Shown here piece by piece: positions 12,667 to 25,350 of a DNA stretch of 64,000 nt. The stretch is from Scenedesmus sp. PABB004 (Eukaryota), in contig JABVCE010000005.1 of assembly GCA_014905635.1 (NCBI GenBank), positions 248,001 through 312,000 of the forward strand, read 5' to 3'. Each line of letters starts with the position of its first letter. Position 1 is the stretch's first letter. The notes below the pieces were generated by a model, which was not told the DNA's origin, made no database searches, and worked only from the letters and a program-made list of their open reading frames with translations. A program made the position numbers and the translations under genes.

Positions 12667-15600
12667 TCAGCAGTCGTCGTCGCCGGGCTCGTCGTCCGCG
12701 TGCGCCGACGCGACCACGGCCTGCTGGCGGTACATCTCCGCCACCTGCTGCGCCGTCGTCGCGTCCTCGGGCGACTTGTCATCCCGCACGCGCACGAGGC
12801 GCGGAAAGCTGCGCGTGCGCGGAGGCGGGCGCGCCGTGCTGGGCCGGGCACGCTGGGCGGGGGGAGCGGCGGCGGCGGCGGCGGCCGAGGCCGGGGCGCG
12901 CGCACCGGATGCTGATGCCCTTGCCCGGCTCCACCAGGCCCAGGGCCGCCTGGTGCAGCGGCGAGATGGACAGGTCTGCTGCCTTGACCTCCCACACCGC
13001 CGCCGGCGCAAACCACACGTCCGGCGCGCCGCTCTCGCCAAACTGCGCGGGCGCGCGCGGCGCGTCGTGGCGTGGAGCGCCGCAGGGCGCCGCGCACGGC
13101 GCGCGCATCCCGCTGGCCGCGCCGCGCCGCGCCGGCTGCGCTGCCGCCGCGCCTGGTAGTAGGGGCGCGGCGCGGGTATGATCGACGGGCGCAGCGCCTC
13201 GGCGAGCGCGGTGAGCTGCTCCTCGCTGAAGCCGGTGCCGAGCTTGCTGATGGTCTGGTAGGTCTCACGCTCCTCGTCGTACACCGCCAGCAGGTAGGCG
13301 CCAAACACGCCTGCGTGCCAAGGGTTGCGGGCGCCGCGCACGGGGGCCGCTCGGGTCGGCTTGTGCGCGGCGCGGCCCCGCGCGGCGCAGCACCGCGCGC
13401 GCGCGCCCGGGCGGCGCTGCGCGCGCGCAGGGGAGGCGACGAGCGCGCAGCAGCGCGCAGCACGACACGCACCCGCGCGCTTGCCGCGGCCGTAGAAGGC
13501 GCCGATGGGCACGACGTCAAACGTGTCGCCCACGCCCGCGAGGTAGTCCTTCTTGAGCTTGAGCCAGTGCGCGCTGCGCTTGGACGGCTCATACGCGTCG
13601 GCGAGCGTCTTGACGATCAGCCCCTCCGTCGCGGCGTCGACCGCCTCGTTCAGGAAGGCCTGCCGGCGGCGGCGGCGGGCGGGCGGCGGGGCGGCGGCGG
13701 AGGGCGGGAGGGAGGCGCGGCAGGGCGGCGGGACGGGCTGAGCGGGCGAGAGGCGGGCGAGGATCGGCGCGGCGGCGCGGCTGCGGGCGCGGGCGGGCGC
13801 GGGCGCCGGCAGCGGACCTCGAGCTCCTCCACGTCGGTGCTGGTCTTGGCCGTCGCGAGCGTGAGCTGGCCCGGCACCTCGACGAGCCCCGCCGACAGCG
13901 CGTCGCGCCGCGCGGTGAGGGGCTCGTGCAGCAGGCTGGACCCGTTGAGGTAGAGGCAGTCAAAGGCGTAGACGCACACCTGGCGGGGTTTAGGGTTTGA
14001 GGGTGCAGCGCCGGCGGCGAGTGAGGCGCGGCGTCGGAGCGGCGCGTGGCGCGCGGCGGGTGGGGCGCGGCGCGCGGCCGCCGGTCGAAGCGGCGGCAGC
14101 GGGTGCGCTGCGCACCTGGACCTTGACGTCGGCGAGCGCGACCTCCTTGCGCGCGCGCGTGGACAGCACCTGCCGGCGCGGGCGCGGACGCGAGCGCGGC
14201 CGCGGCGCGTGAGAAAGCACACACGCACGCACACACACACACACACACGCACACACACACGCACACACAGAGTCCCGCAAGCACACACAGGCGGGGCTCA
14301 GCAGCCCCTCCTCGCCTGGAAGGGCAGTATCTTCTGCTTCTCCGGGTCCCACGCCACCGCCTCGCCGTCGATGACGATCGACTCGGTGCCCGGCGCCAGC
14401 CAGCCGGGCAGCCTGGCCGCGGGCAGCGCGCGCACGGACGCGTGGGCGGCGCGCGCGCCGGGCGGCAGTGCTCGCGCGGCGCCGCGCGCGGCGGCCCGCT
14501 TGAAAAGCCCGCGTCAACCCTAAACCCTCAGCCCTAACCCCTGCTCACCGCGCGAGGATGTCTGGGTAGCGCCGCGTCATGTCCTCGCTGTTGCGGCTGT
14601 AGATGTGCACCCGCGCGCCGCCGTCGAGCACGTGGATCTGTGGCGCGACACGCAGCGCCGGCGGCGGCGGCGGCGGAGTCGGCGGCGCGTGGGTGCGCAC
14701 GCGCGCAGGCGCGGGTGCGGCTGCGACCGAGGGCCGCGCCGCCCCCGCGCCGAGCGCCGCGCCGCGTCCGAGCGCCGCGCCGCCTCTGACCGCCCCTGGT
14801 CGCCCGTGCCGCCGCACCTGCACGCGCTCGCCGTCATACTTGTACTCGCACGTGAACTCGGTGCCGCTGAACTTTTCGAGCACCTCGCCCACGCCCGTGG
14901 TCGGCTTGGCGAGCATCGGGTGCACCGGCACGCCCGGCGTGAACGCGACGCGCGCCGGCAGCTCCGACAGCGGGTGGTCCAGCAGCGCGGGCACGAGCTG
15001 CGGCGCGTGACGCGGCGGCGGCGGCGGTGGCGGGAGCGGGCGGCCTGAGCCGCGCGGCGCGGCAGCCCGGCGGGGGCGGCAGCGGCAGCAGGGACAGCGG
15101 CAGCGAGCAGAGCAGCAGGCACACAGCGACAGCGGGCGGAGCGGCAGCAGGCACACGGCGACAGCGGGCGGAGCAGCAGGCACACGGCGACAGCGAGCGG
15201 AGCAGCAGGCACACAGCAGCAGGCACAGCGGCAGACGGCACACAGCAGCAGCGGGCTGAGCAGCAGCGCGGCGCGCGCACCACGTCGTACGAGGGGCACT
15301 CGCTGTAGGCCGCCTTGACCGCCTGCGCCGCGGCCTCGAGCCGCTCCGCGAGCAGCCCGTCCCTGCGCGCCGCCGGCGGGCGGCGCGGGCGGGCGCCGTC
15401 AGCGGCCGCCGCAGGCATGAGCCGCCGCGCGCAGCGCACGCGCAGCACGCGCGCACTTGTCCGAGGCGCCCTCCTTGTGCAGCAGCACCGAGTGCGCGAT
15501 CGCGACCAGCACGCTCTGCTCCGCCAGCCCGATGCGCAGCTTGGCCTGCCGGCGGCGGCGGGCGCGGGTGCGACAGCACAGCGGCGTGGGCCGGCCGCGC

Positions 15601-17623
15601 CGCCGCAGGCTGCGCGCGTGGCACCCCGCGCCGCGCCCTCGCGCGCCGCTGCGGCGGCGGGGCTCGCCTGCAGGCTGCGGATGATGTAGCCCGGCTCGAC
15701 GCCCTTGCTCGCGACCAGGAGCTTGCTGATCAGCCCCACCTTGCGCGCCTGGCTCGCCTGCCCCGACTCCCTGCGGCGCGCGCGCACGGAGCGCGCCGCC
15801 GCGTCCGCACGCACCGCACGTCCGCACGCGCCCGCCGGCGCACGCGTTCCGCGCGCCCGCCCGCCCGCGTGCTCGCGCTCGCGACCGCGCTCGCCGCGCG
15901 CTCGCTCACTTGGCGATGTCGCGGAAGGCTTTGAGCACCGACCCGATCGTGAGCGGCGGCTGCGGGAACATCGTGCGCTGCGCGCCGCGCGCCGCCGCCG
16001 CGACGCTGCCGAGGTCGCCGCTCTCCTCGTAGTCCTTCTTGATGCCGCCCTCCTTCTTGCCCGTCGCACCCGCGAGCGCCTGCGGGGCAGCCGTTTGGCG
16101 GCGAGGCCGGCGCACGGCTCGCGCGAGCGGGCGCCGCGCCGCGCCGCCGGTGTCTGCCCGCGTGTCGCGCGTGCTGCTGTTGCGCGGCCGTGCCTTGATC
16201 AGCAGCGCATCGCCGACGCCGAGCTCCACGCCCGTGTGCGCCGGCGCGACGCGGTTGGTGCACAGGTAGATCGCAGGCAGCAGGTCGCCCGGCGTGCTGG
16301 CCAGGATCGCGCGGAACGCGCCCGTGAGCAGGCCCGTGCACTCGAGGCGCTTCGACGTGCTCGCGATCGCCTGAGTGCGGGCGCGGCGGCGCGTGCGGCG
16401 GCGGGCGCGGCGTCGGGCGCGCGCGCGCGAGGGCGCCGCGGGCGCAGGCGCCGCCGCGGGGTGAGGCGGCGGAGACCTCGGTCGGCCACGCCCGGGGCCT
16501 AGGCCCGGACAGCGCACCTCGAACGTGTCAGTCAGGAAGGCGTACGGCACGGGCTTGCCGGCCGGCCACGTGATGCTGCCCGCGACGTCGACCGCCAGCG
16601 CCGCCTGCGCCGCCGCGAGCGCGCCCGTGCCGACGCCCTCCATCGCGCTGCCCTTGGTGCTCTTCTTGCCGGCCGGCTTGGCCCGCGCCTTGGCCTTGGC
16701 CTTGGAGGGGCTCGCCGCCGCGGCCGCGGCTGCGGCCGCGGCCGCCTCGCCCGCGCCGCCGTCGCTGTCGGCGTCGCTGTCGGCGTCGCCGTCGCTGCCC
16801 GCGTCGGCACCGTCGCCGTCGCTCGCCTTGCTGCCGCTCGCCTTGCTGCCGCGCTTCCGCCGCTTGGCGGGCGAGGCGGCGGCCGCGGCCTCGCCGCCCC
16901 CTTCCTGCGCCTGCTTCTGCGGCTCCTGCTGCGGCTGCGCCTGCTGCTGCTGCGCCTGCTCCGGCTCGGCGCCGCGCTGCGCGCCGGCGGCAGCGGGCTG
17001 CTTGGCTGGCGACTTGGCCGCCGGCTGCTTGCCCTTGCCCTTGCCGTTGCCCCCGGCCTTGGCGCGCGCGCCGCCAAACATCGACTTGAACGCTGCCGAC
17101 GCCTCCTGGCTGCTCAGCTTGGCCGGCGACTTGGCCGCCGCCGCCGCGCCGCCGCCCGCCCCGTCGGCCGCCGCGCCCTCCGCGGGCGCCGCGTCCTCCA
17201 GCACCTCATCCTCCAGCTCCTGCGCGCAGCGAGGCGCGGCGGCGCTCGGGTGCGCGCCGCCCGGCGCGCGCCGGCCGCGCACGCAGCAGCAGCGCACGCC
17301 GCGCCTGCTGCTCGTCCTCCGCCGGCGGCGCCGCCGCAGCGCCGTCGGCGTCGCAGGCCCGTTTGAGGCGCTTCAGCCGCCCGCCGTCGCCATCACCCTT
17401 CTGCGGCGCGGCGGCGGCGGCGGCGGGCCGCAGCACAGCGCGTCGGCGCCGCTGCTCGCGTCCCCGCGCCGCCGCCGCGGGCGCGGGAGACGGCGCGCCG
17501 CACCGCCCGCTTGGCGGGACCCTCATCAAGGTTCTCTTTGGCCGCCGGCGCGGCCTTGGCGGGCTTGGGCGCGGCGGGGGCAGGCTTGGCGCCGAAGAAG
17601 GAGCCGATGTCGCGCTGCTTCAT
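12667..17623 (-). CDS. LIG1: DNA ligase I, many exons
   Basis: N-terminal PIP box [10 protein letters not shown]. Also [23 protein letters not shown], active site [18 protein letters not shown]-like [53 protein letters not shown] and [11 protein letters not shown]. Confidence 0.97.
13985..14004. repeat. Short degenerate telomere-like (TTTAGGG) tract in a LIG1 intron
   Basis: GGGGTTTAGGGTTTGAGGGT on the + strand. Confidence 0.6.
14218..14290. repeat. (CA)n microsatellite in a LIG1 intron
   Basis: Interrupted CA/CGCA run. Confidence 0.9.
14516..14541. repeat. Short degenerate telomere-like (CCCTAAA) tract in a LIG1 intron
   Basis: AACCCTAAACCCTCAGCCCTAACCCC on the + strand. Confidence 0.65.
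15078..15268. repeat. Degenerate minisatellite with a unit of about 27-30 bp in a LIG1 intron
   Basis: Repeated units resembling GAGCAGCAGGCACACGGCGACAGCGGGCG. Confidence 0.85.
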
Positions 17624-17725
17624 GGCGCGAGCATGGGACGGCGTGCCGGGATCGCACGGCGCGCCTGTGGGTGGCGCGGCGGGCTGCGCTGCCGTCGGGA
17701 CGACGCGCGGGCGGCAGCAGCAGGT

Positions 17726-17733
17726 TTTTCAAA
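17726..17733 (-). promoter_or_regulatory. Possible CHR (TTTGAA) cell-cycle element upstream of LIG1
   Basis: TTTGAAAAA on the gene strand about 105 bp upstream of the ATG. The AT-rich motif stands out in a very GC-rich spacer. Motif match only. Confidence 0.25.
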
Positions 17734-18075
17734 GCCGTTCGGGCTCAGCCCGCCCGCGCCGCGCCGCGCTGGGCCGCCCCGCCGCGCTCTGGCCGCGCAT
17801 TTGCGCGCCGGGAGCACTTGCGCAAGCAGCAGCAGCGCTGCAGCAGCGCACGGCGGCGGCGCGACCGTCGGCGCGGCGGCAGCAGCGGTGCGACCGCCGC
17901 CGGGGCGGGAGCGGCAGCGGCGGCGGTCGCAGGGGCAGCGGGAGCGGCAGCTGGCGCAGCAGCAGGAAGGTCAGGAGCAGCAGCCCCTCCGCTGCTGCTC
18001 CGCGGCGGAGCGGCAGCAGCAGCAGGCGGCGGCAGCGCGGGCAGCTCTGCGCGCCGGCGCTCGTGGCGCGGTCCA

Positions 18076-19631
18076 ATGGAGCTCGACGACGACCCCGGCG
18101 GCGGGTGGCTGCGCCTCTGCGCCGACGACTGGAGCGCGGTCGTGTCGGTCGCTTCGCTGCGCCGCCACCAGGACTCGCTCCTCGCGGGCCTCGCCGACGC
18201 CGCGCTGGCCGCGGGGCGCGACGCGCTTCGCCTTGACGCGAGCGCCGACGTGGCGCGCGAGGTGGTCGCCGTGCTGCGCCTGCGCGACAGCTACCGGCCG
18301 CCGGCGGACGCGCGGCTGGCCGCCGCGCTGCGGCACACGCTCGACTTCCTGGGCGTCCCCGCGCCGCCGGCGCTGCCGGCGGGGGCTTGGGCGGCGGCGG
18401 CGGCGAGTACGTGTTTGTGCCGTCGTACCAGTGCGCGTCGACGCTGGAGGGCGGCCGCGACCCCGGGATGCTGCTGTTCAGCGCGGCGGCGGGCTGGGCG
18501 GTGCTGCACGGCCCGCACGACCCGCGGCCGCCGCCGACCAACGCCGACGTGCGGCGCCGCGCCGCGCCGCGGCCGCGGCCACGGCCGCCAGGCCGGCTGA
18601 CGCCCGCCCCGCCGCGGCCGCCGCCGCCGCCGCGGGCGCCAGACCGTCTACGTCGCCGCGCCCCTGCCGGCTCGCGACACGGGGGCGGGCGAGGATTTCA
18701 TGTTGGTCGCGGGGACGGGCAGCGGGAGCTGCGTCATCGGCGCCGACAGCCGCGCCGCGCGCATCATCACCGCCTGCGAGTCGTGGGGCCCGTGCGTGGG
18801 CATCGGGGGCCGCGCGTACGTGCTGGGGTGCATCGGCAGCAGCGGGACGCAGTGCTACGACCCAGCGGCCGACGTCTGGTGCGGGGGCGCGGCCCGGCGC
18901 CCGATGTGCCGCGCGCGACGCGCAAGCCCGGGCGGCGCCGCGGGGCTCCCCCGTGTCGCTTCCCTCACACGCGTCGCTCCCTCACGCGTTGCTGGCTCCC
19001 TCACGCGCCGCTCCCCCGCGCGCCCCTCGCGCGCAGGTTTGCGGTCGCGCCGCCGCCGTCCCAGATATACGACTTCGCGGCGGCCGCGCCGACCGGCGGC
19101 CGCACCATCGTCGCCGCCGGGGGCGTGGCGGGGTACTCAAACGGCGTCCCCGGCGGCGCGCACCGGTCAGACGTCCTGGCCCTCGACACGCGCGCGCGCG
19201 CCTGGTCGGCCGCGCCGGCGGGCGCGTCGCTGCCGCGCCCGAGCCGCGGGCTCGCCGCTGCCGCGCTCGACGACCACCGGGTGCTCTTTGCCGGCGGGTC
19301 GGCCGGCCGCGAGGCTCACGTGCTGGACCTCCGGACGTGGCGCTGCGCGCCGGCCGGCGCGCTGCGGTCGCCGCGCGTCAACGCCGCCGCAGTGGCCGTC
19401 GGCGGGCGCGTGCTGCTGCTGGGCGGCTGCTGCGGAGAAACCAACGACATGCTGGACTCGGTCGAGGCGTTCGACGCGGCGGTGGGCGCCTGGGCGGATG
19501 CGGGCACGCTGCCGCTGGCGCTGAGCTCTGCCGCGCCGGTCGTGGCGCAGTTGCGCGGCGACGTGCCCCGCGCGCTGCGCCTGGACTCGGCGCTGGGCTG
19601 GCGCAGGCCACCCGATCTGCACGGGCACTAG
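18076..19631 (+). CDS. BTB/POZ-like plus Kelch-repeat protein, multi-exon
   Basis: The N-terminus is KCTD-like BTB (VSVASLRRHQDSLLAGL...LRLD...VVAVLRL...LRHTLDFLGV). Kelch repeats follow (IGGRAYVLG..CYDPAAD, IVAAGG, VLFAGG, VGGRVLLLGG..VEAFDAAVGAW). There is an apparent frameshift at the G-run 18381-18385. Confidence 0.8.
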
Positions 19632-19736
19632 GGGGCGCGAGCGAGCGTGCGAGCATGCGGGTTGGGGATGCGCGCAGGATGTGGCTTGCAGAGAGGGAGA
19701 GAGAGACAGTGCGCGAGAGAGAGCGAGAGCGTTGAA

Positions 19737-19741
19737 TTACA
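19737..19741 (-). terminator. TGTAA polyadenylation signal of the glutamyl endopeptidase gene
   Basis: TTACA on the + strand about 75 bp past the stop codon. TGTAA is the established chlorophycean poly(A) signal. Confidence 0.6.
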
Positions 19742-19814
19742 GGGACCCCCCCCCTCCCGCAGCCGCCGCCGCCGCCGCATGCGCGGCCAGCACGCCCACC
19801 CAGCCCGGCGCTGC

Positions 19815-21425
19815 TCACTCCGACAGGCTGCTGACGCTGCCCTCGTCGCCGCTGCCGAGGGGGACGTCCGGGTCGGTCCGCCCCCAGCCCGCGTGCGCCT
19901 CGAGCCACTGGTCCTGCTCGTACAGCATGTGCAGCACGCTCTCGCGCGCGCGATAGCCGTGACCCTGCCGAGAGCGGCGCGCGGCACACGCGGTGAGCGG
20001 CGCGCGGCGCACGCGCGGCGGCGGAGGCGCGCTCGGCAGCCGAGCGGCGCGGAGGCGGCCACGGCGCACGCGCGCGCGCGTGCGCGCCGGCGGGGGCGGC
20101 GGCAGCCCCCCTCGGCGCCCCCGGCGCCGCGCGCACCTCGTGCGGCAGCAGCACGAGCCGCGCCGGCGCGCCGTGGCCCTTGAGCGCCGCGAAGAAGCGC
20201 TCCGACTGCAGCGGGAAGGTGCCCGTGTTATTGTCCTCCTGCGCGCGCGGCGGGCGGGGGCGCAGCGCGGCGCGCGCGCGCGCGTGTGCGGCGGCGGCGC
20301 GAGCACGGCGGCGGGCCTGGCGCCGCGCGCGCGCAGGAGGGCACAGGAGGAGCACGGCGCGCGGCGCCGCCGCACCTCGCCGTGGATGAGCAGCAGGGGC
20401 TTTTTGATCTTGTCAGCCATCCTGCGCGGCGGGCCCGGGGGGGGGGCCAGCGCGCAGGCGCGTCAGCGGCGGGCAGCGCGGAGGCAGAGCGGAGTCAGGT
20501 CTGGCAGCGGCAGCACAGCCGCCGTCGCACGCGCGCCGCAGCTGTCGGCGCCGCGCCGCCGCTGCGTGGCCGCCGCCCCATGTGATCAGCGCTCACATGA
20601 AGGGTGACATCTTGGCATAGGTCTCGGGCGCCTGCCACAGCGTGCGCTCCTGGCGTGGCGGCGTGTGTGCGTGTCGGCGCGGGTGACGGCGGGGGCGGCG
20701 GGCGTGCGGCGCGTTTGTGCGAGAGCGCGTTTGTGCCACAGCGTGCGCGGGCGCGCGTGGGCGTGCGCGGGCGCGCGCAGCGCGCTGGCGCACCTCGGAC
20801 TGGAAGCCAAACGGCGTGAGCGTGCGGTTGTACGCGCCGGACCGCGCGATGCCGGCGGCAAAGAGGTCCGGGCAGTGCGCAAGGAGGTTGGCCGCCATGA
20901 AGGCACTGGGGCATGTTTGAGGGCGGAGGGCGAAGGAATGTGAGGCTGGGTGGGCATGTGAGCCTGGGTGGGCTGGGCGGCGCGGCGCGCTACGCGCGTC
21001 CCGGCGGCGTGCGCGCAGCCGCGCGGCCGCGTTGCCGCACCCGTACGAGTGGCCGCCGATCGAGACACGCGCCGGGTCGGTCACGCCGCGGCGCACAAGC
21101 TCCTGCGCGCGGCCGCGGCGGCGGCAAGAAGCGTCACGCAGCTGCGCAGGCCGGCCCCGAGCCGTCTCACGCCGTCCCGCGCCGCGCCGCGTCGCGCGCC
21201 TTGACCGCCGCCTCTGCGCTCGCGGAGAGCTGCTGCACGTAGGTGTCGTTCGGCTCCTCGCTGCCCTCCGCGACGATGGGGAAGCCGGGGCCGTCCAACA
21301 CGGCGTAATTGCGCGTCAGCCAGAGCGTGGGGCTCATGCTGCCAATGCCGCTGAACTGGTACGGCGACCGCCGCATCTGGCCCGCCGCCTCCTGCGCGGT
21401 GGGGCGCGCGGCGCGGCGCGGGCGT

Positions 21426-21501
<76 letters not shown>

Positions 21502-21504
21502 CGC

Positions 21505-21559
<55 letters not shown>

Positions 21560-24500
21560 GCCGGGACGGACGGGCGAGCAGGGCCGGCGGGGCAGGGCGG
21601 GGCAGTCCCGGGCGGCCGGCGGCCGGCGGGCGGCGCGCACCTTGGACTTGTACTCGCGCGGGTAGGCCCACAGAATCGTCGGCAGCGGGCCGTCGCGCGC
21701 GGCGTCGTAGCCGGGCGGCAGGTAGAGCGTGGCGGTGAGGTCCACGCCGTCGGGGCGGGCGTAGCGCAGGACCTCCTTCTGCATGTCACGCAGCTGCGCG
21801 GCGACACGCGGGCAGGCGTGGGGACGGCGCGGCGGCGAGCGTCCACCGCGGGCCCGCTCGGGCCCCGCAGACGCGGCGCAACAAAACGCGGCGCAGGGGC
21901 GGCGCGGTGCAGGCGCGCCTGGGGGTAGGGGTGAGGGAAGTCGGTGATGCGCCGCTCGCTGCGCGTCCACGCCGGCGCGTCGCCGTCGCCGCCGCCGGCA
22001 GCGGCCGCGGCGAAGGAGAGCAGGTACGTCTGCGGCGGCTCACTCACACTCTCGCGGCTCAACAGCACCTGCAGCCCGTCCAGCGTGATGGGCGCGTCCT
22101 GCGCTCGCGGCAGGAGGGCGGCGCGGCGGCGCGGCGGCGGCGTCGGGGGCGGCGCGCGGGCCGGCCGGGCTGGCGCCGCGGTGGTCGCGCGGTCGGCGCC
22201 GCTCACGTGGTCTGCGTCACTCATGATGGTGCCCACGCTCTCCAGGTGCGGCGGCGCGCTCTGCCAGAGGCGCGTCGTCTGCCGGCTGTCCAGGTCGAGC
22301 AGGTCCAGGAAGGGCCGGTTGCCCTCGGGGCTCGCGCCCGTGCCGGAGAGCAGCAGCCTGCGGGCGCCGTCAACCTTGGCGAGGACGTACGTCCCCGCCG
22401 CCGTGCGGCGCGTGAGCGGCGCGCCAGGGTCGGAGTACACGTCCTCGAAGGACCTGCGTGGGAGAGAGAGGGCGAGTGTGAGTGAGAGTGAGAGTGCGAG
22501 CGAGAGCGGATGCGTGTGTGATTATGTGTGAGGCGGCAGAGGCGGCGCGGGCGAAGCCCCCCGCGCGCGGCGCCGCACCGGTCAAACAGCACGGCCTTGG
22601 GCTCGCCGCGGCGGTCAGGCGCAAACGTCCACACCACGCTCCGCCGCGTCTTCCACCAGCTCTCGTACAGCAGCGCGAGGTCGCCGTCGCACCACGACAC
22701 GCCGCCGCAGCGCAGGTCGGTGGCCGCGAGGACCTCGGGCGCCGGCGGCGCCGCGCCGGCGGCGGCGGCCGCCGCCGCCGCGGCCGCGTCGAGCGTGTAC
22801 ACGACGTCCCGCGGCGAGACAGAGACGCTGGGGTCGCCGCCGTCCTGGGCGAGGGGGGGGGGGGGGCAGCGGCGTCAGCGGCGTCAGCGGCGTCGGCGGG
22901 GCTGTGCAGCGGCGGCGCGGCGCACCTGCGCCTCAATCCAGCTGAGCTCGGCGGGCTTGTCGTCGCGCCAGCTCACTGCGCGCGGGCCTGGGGCGGGGCA
23001 GGCGGCGGGCGGCCGCCGCGTGGCCGCGCGCACCGGCGCGGTGCGACGCGCGGCGGCGAGCCCCGGCGCGGTGCGGGCGCCAAGGCGGCGCCGCGCACCC
23101 GTGCGGCAGCTGTTGAAATCGATCGGAATGTTGGTCGCGAGCGGCAGCGACGCCAGCTCGCGCACGAGCGCGCCGGCGCGGTCCCACAGCTGCAGCGTGA
23201 CCGGGAACCGCCCCGCAGGGAGCTCGTAGCTGAAAGGCCGGCTGAGCCAGCAAGCAAGCAGGAACTGGCCGTCAGGGCTGGGCGCGACCCTGCGCGACGG
23301 CGGCGTCAGCCGTGAGCGGCGCGCCAGCGCTGGCGGCGGCGGCGGCGGCGGCGCTCACTCGGTGTACATGCGCGGCGGCGCGAGGCGCGTGCCCTCGCTG
23401 CCCGCCTGCGTGACGTCGAGCAGCAGCAGCTCGCTGGTGCCGTAGTACTCAAACAGCTCGCCGTCGTGGTCGTCGCGCAGCAGGTCAGTGTAGGTGCGGC
23501 TCTGGCTGCGCACGCCCGCGCTGTTGTCCTGGATGCGCGGCCCGCCGGGCACGGGCGGCCGCGACGGCGGCGGGCCCTGCACGCGCGCGCGCGGGGCGGC
23601 AGCGGCGCCGCGCGTTGGTGGCGCCGCGCCGCGCCGTGCCGCCGCGCCGCGCCCCGGTGCCGCGCCGCGCCGCGCCGCGCCGCACGTGGTCCTGCGGCAC
23701 CACGGCGGCCACGATGTGCGTGTCGTCGACCCAGGCGTAGCTGTCAAACACCGTGTTGAGCCGCCGCCCGCCCAGCAGCGGCCGCGCCGCGCCGGTCGCG
23801 ACGTCGGCGAGCCAGAGCTGCAGCGGGCCCCGCGGCGGGTCGCCGGGCCCGCCGGGCGAGCGCGTGGTGAAGGAGACGAAGCGGCCGTCGGGCGACCAGG
23901 ACACCAGGTTGAGCCACGCGCCCTCCGGATAGCCGGTGATGCTCCGCGTCGCAGACGGCGGCGCCGGGACGAGCGTGTCGGCGGGCACGATGCAGAGCCC
24001 CGTGTAGTAGCTCATGCGCGAGCGGCTGAACTGCTCCGCGTCGATGCGCACGCCTGCGGCGGCGATGCGGCGCCGGCGACGGGTCGGCGCGAGGCGCACG
24101 CGACGCGCGGCGGGCCGCAGCGGCGGCGGGGGGCCGGGAGCGCACCCGCGAGCTTGAGCTCGGGGCGGCTGATCTCGAAAATGGGCGGCAGCGACGGCGG
24201 CCGTGACAGCTGCAGAATCTGCGCGCGCCGCGGCGGCAGCGGCGGCGGCGACATGCGGCGTGGGCCCGTGCCGCGCTGCCCGTCGCGCGGGGTGGGTCGG
24301 CCCGCGCTGGCGGCGGCCGTCGGCGGCCGCTGGCGGCGGCGCACCAGGGAGCGGTCGGGCGAGAAGGTCAAGCCGGGCTGCGGCGGCGCGTCGACAATGT
24401 CCAGGATCTCCTTTGGCGGCTCGCGGTAGCCGCCGCGCGCCGCCTTGCCGCCCGCGCCGTCGCCGCCCCGCCGGCAGCGGCGGCAGCGGGCGCCGCGCTG

Positions 24501-24851
24501 CTGAGGCCGGCTGCGCGCGGGGGCGCGGCGCGGGCGGCGTGGGACGCTGGGCGCCGCGGCGGCGGGTGAGCGCCGCGGCGGCCGCGCGCGCACAACCCGC
24601 GGCCGCCACGCACCGAGCTGCACCGAGCTGCCGCCGCTCGCCGCCGCCGCCAGGCTCAGCAGCTGCCGCCGCGTCAGCGCTGATGCGTGCGGTGCCACGG
24701 CCCGAGCTGCGCCGCGGCCCAGGGAGGGCGCCGCGAGGCCGCGCGCGAGTGGCCGCGCCAGCGCCCCCGCTGCCAGCGCGCGTGGCGGCGACGGGCCCGC
24801 CGCGGCGCCCAGGCCCGGGCGCCCCGCATGCGCACGGAGCTGCTGCTGCAT
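19815..24851 (-). CDS. S9-family peptidase, plastid glutamyl endopeptidase (cGEP/S9D-like), many exons
   Basis: [19 protein letters not shown], nucleophile motif [55 protein letters not shown] and [13 protein letters not shown]. The N-terminus resembles a transit peptide. Confidence 0.93.
21427..21556. repeat. (GT)n microsatellite of about 130 bp, intronic
   Basis: Two long GT runs separated by a short GC-alternating spacer. Confidence 0.97.
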
Positions 24852-25186
24852 CGTGGAGGCGGTCAGCCGGCAGGCGGCACGCAGGTGCGCGGCGACAGCA
24901 GCAGCGGCAGCGGCGCCGGGCATAAAGCGGGGAGCGCGCCCGCTTGCTCTCTGCTGGCGCGTGATGAGCGCGAGCTGCAGGGTGTGCAGGCAGGCAGGGC
25001 GGGCCCAGCATGCGGTTCGCCAACCGGGCGCCGCCGCGCTGCGCCGCGCCGCCGGAGAACCGCGCCCCGCCCAGAGGACTGCCCGCACAGCCCGCGCGGG
25101 TATCAGATCGCCCCATTCCCGGACACCGGAGTCAGTGCCGCCCAGCTCTCGCGCCCAGGGCGCCTGGCGCGACGCGCGCGTTTGAT

Positions 25187-25194
25187 TTTGCCGC
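25187..25194 (+). promoter_or_regulatory. Possible E2F/DP site upstream of the primase gene
   Basis: TTTGCCGC fits the TTTSSCGC consensus and lies about 160 bp upstream of the ATG of a replication gene. Motif match only. Confidence 0.3.
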
Positions 25195-25350
25195 GTTCCG
25201 ATCCCCGCACGCCCAGCCCCCGGCAGCCCCCGCCACAGCCGCGAGCAGCTTCAACACCGCTCCAGCTGCGGCGCGGCCGCACACGGCGGCTCGGAGGCCC
25301 CGGGCGAGCGCTGCATCAGCCGCGCGGGCCCCGCCCGGCGCAGGGGCGCG

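Noticed and set aside
15078..15268. CRISPR-like appearance of the ~28-bp repeats
   Set aside because: The units are directly tandem and degenerate with no unique spacers, they lie in a eukaryotic intron, and there are no cas genes.
18355..18407. 53-bp GT-AG intron that would restore the Kelch gene frame
   Set aside because: The GTCCCC donor and GAG acceptor do not match local consensus, and it is shorter than other introns here. A 1-bp G-run deletion is simpler, although the intron is not excluded.
21309..21738. Cys-Val / His-Thr repeat ORFs
   Set aside because: They are translations of an intronic (GT)n microsatellite.
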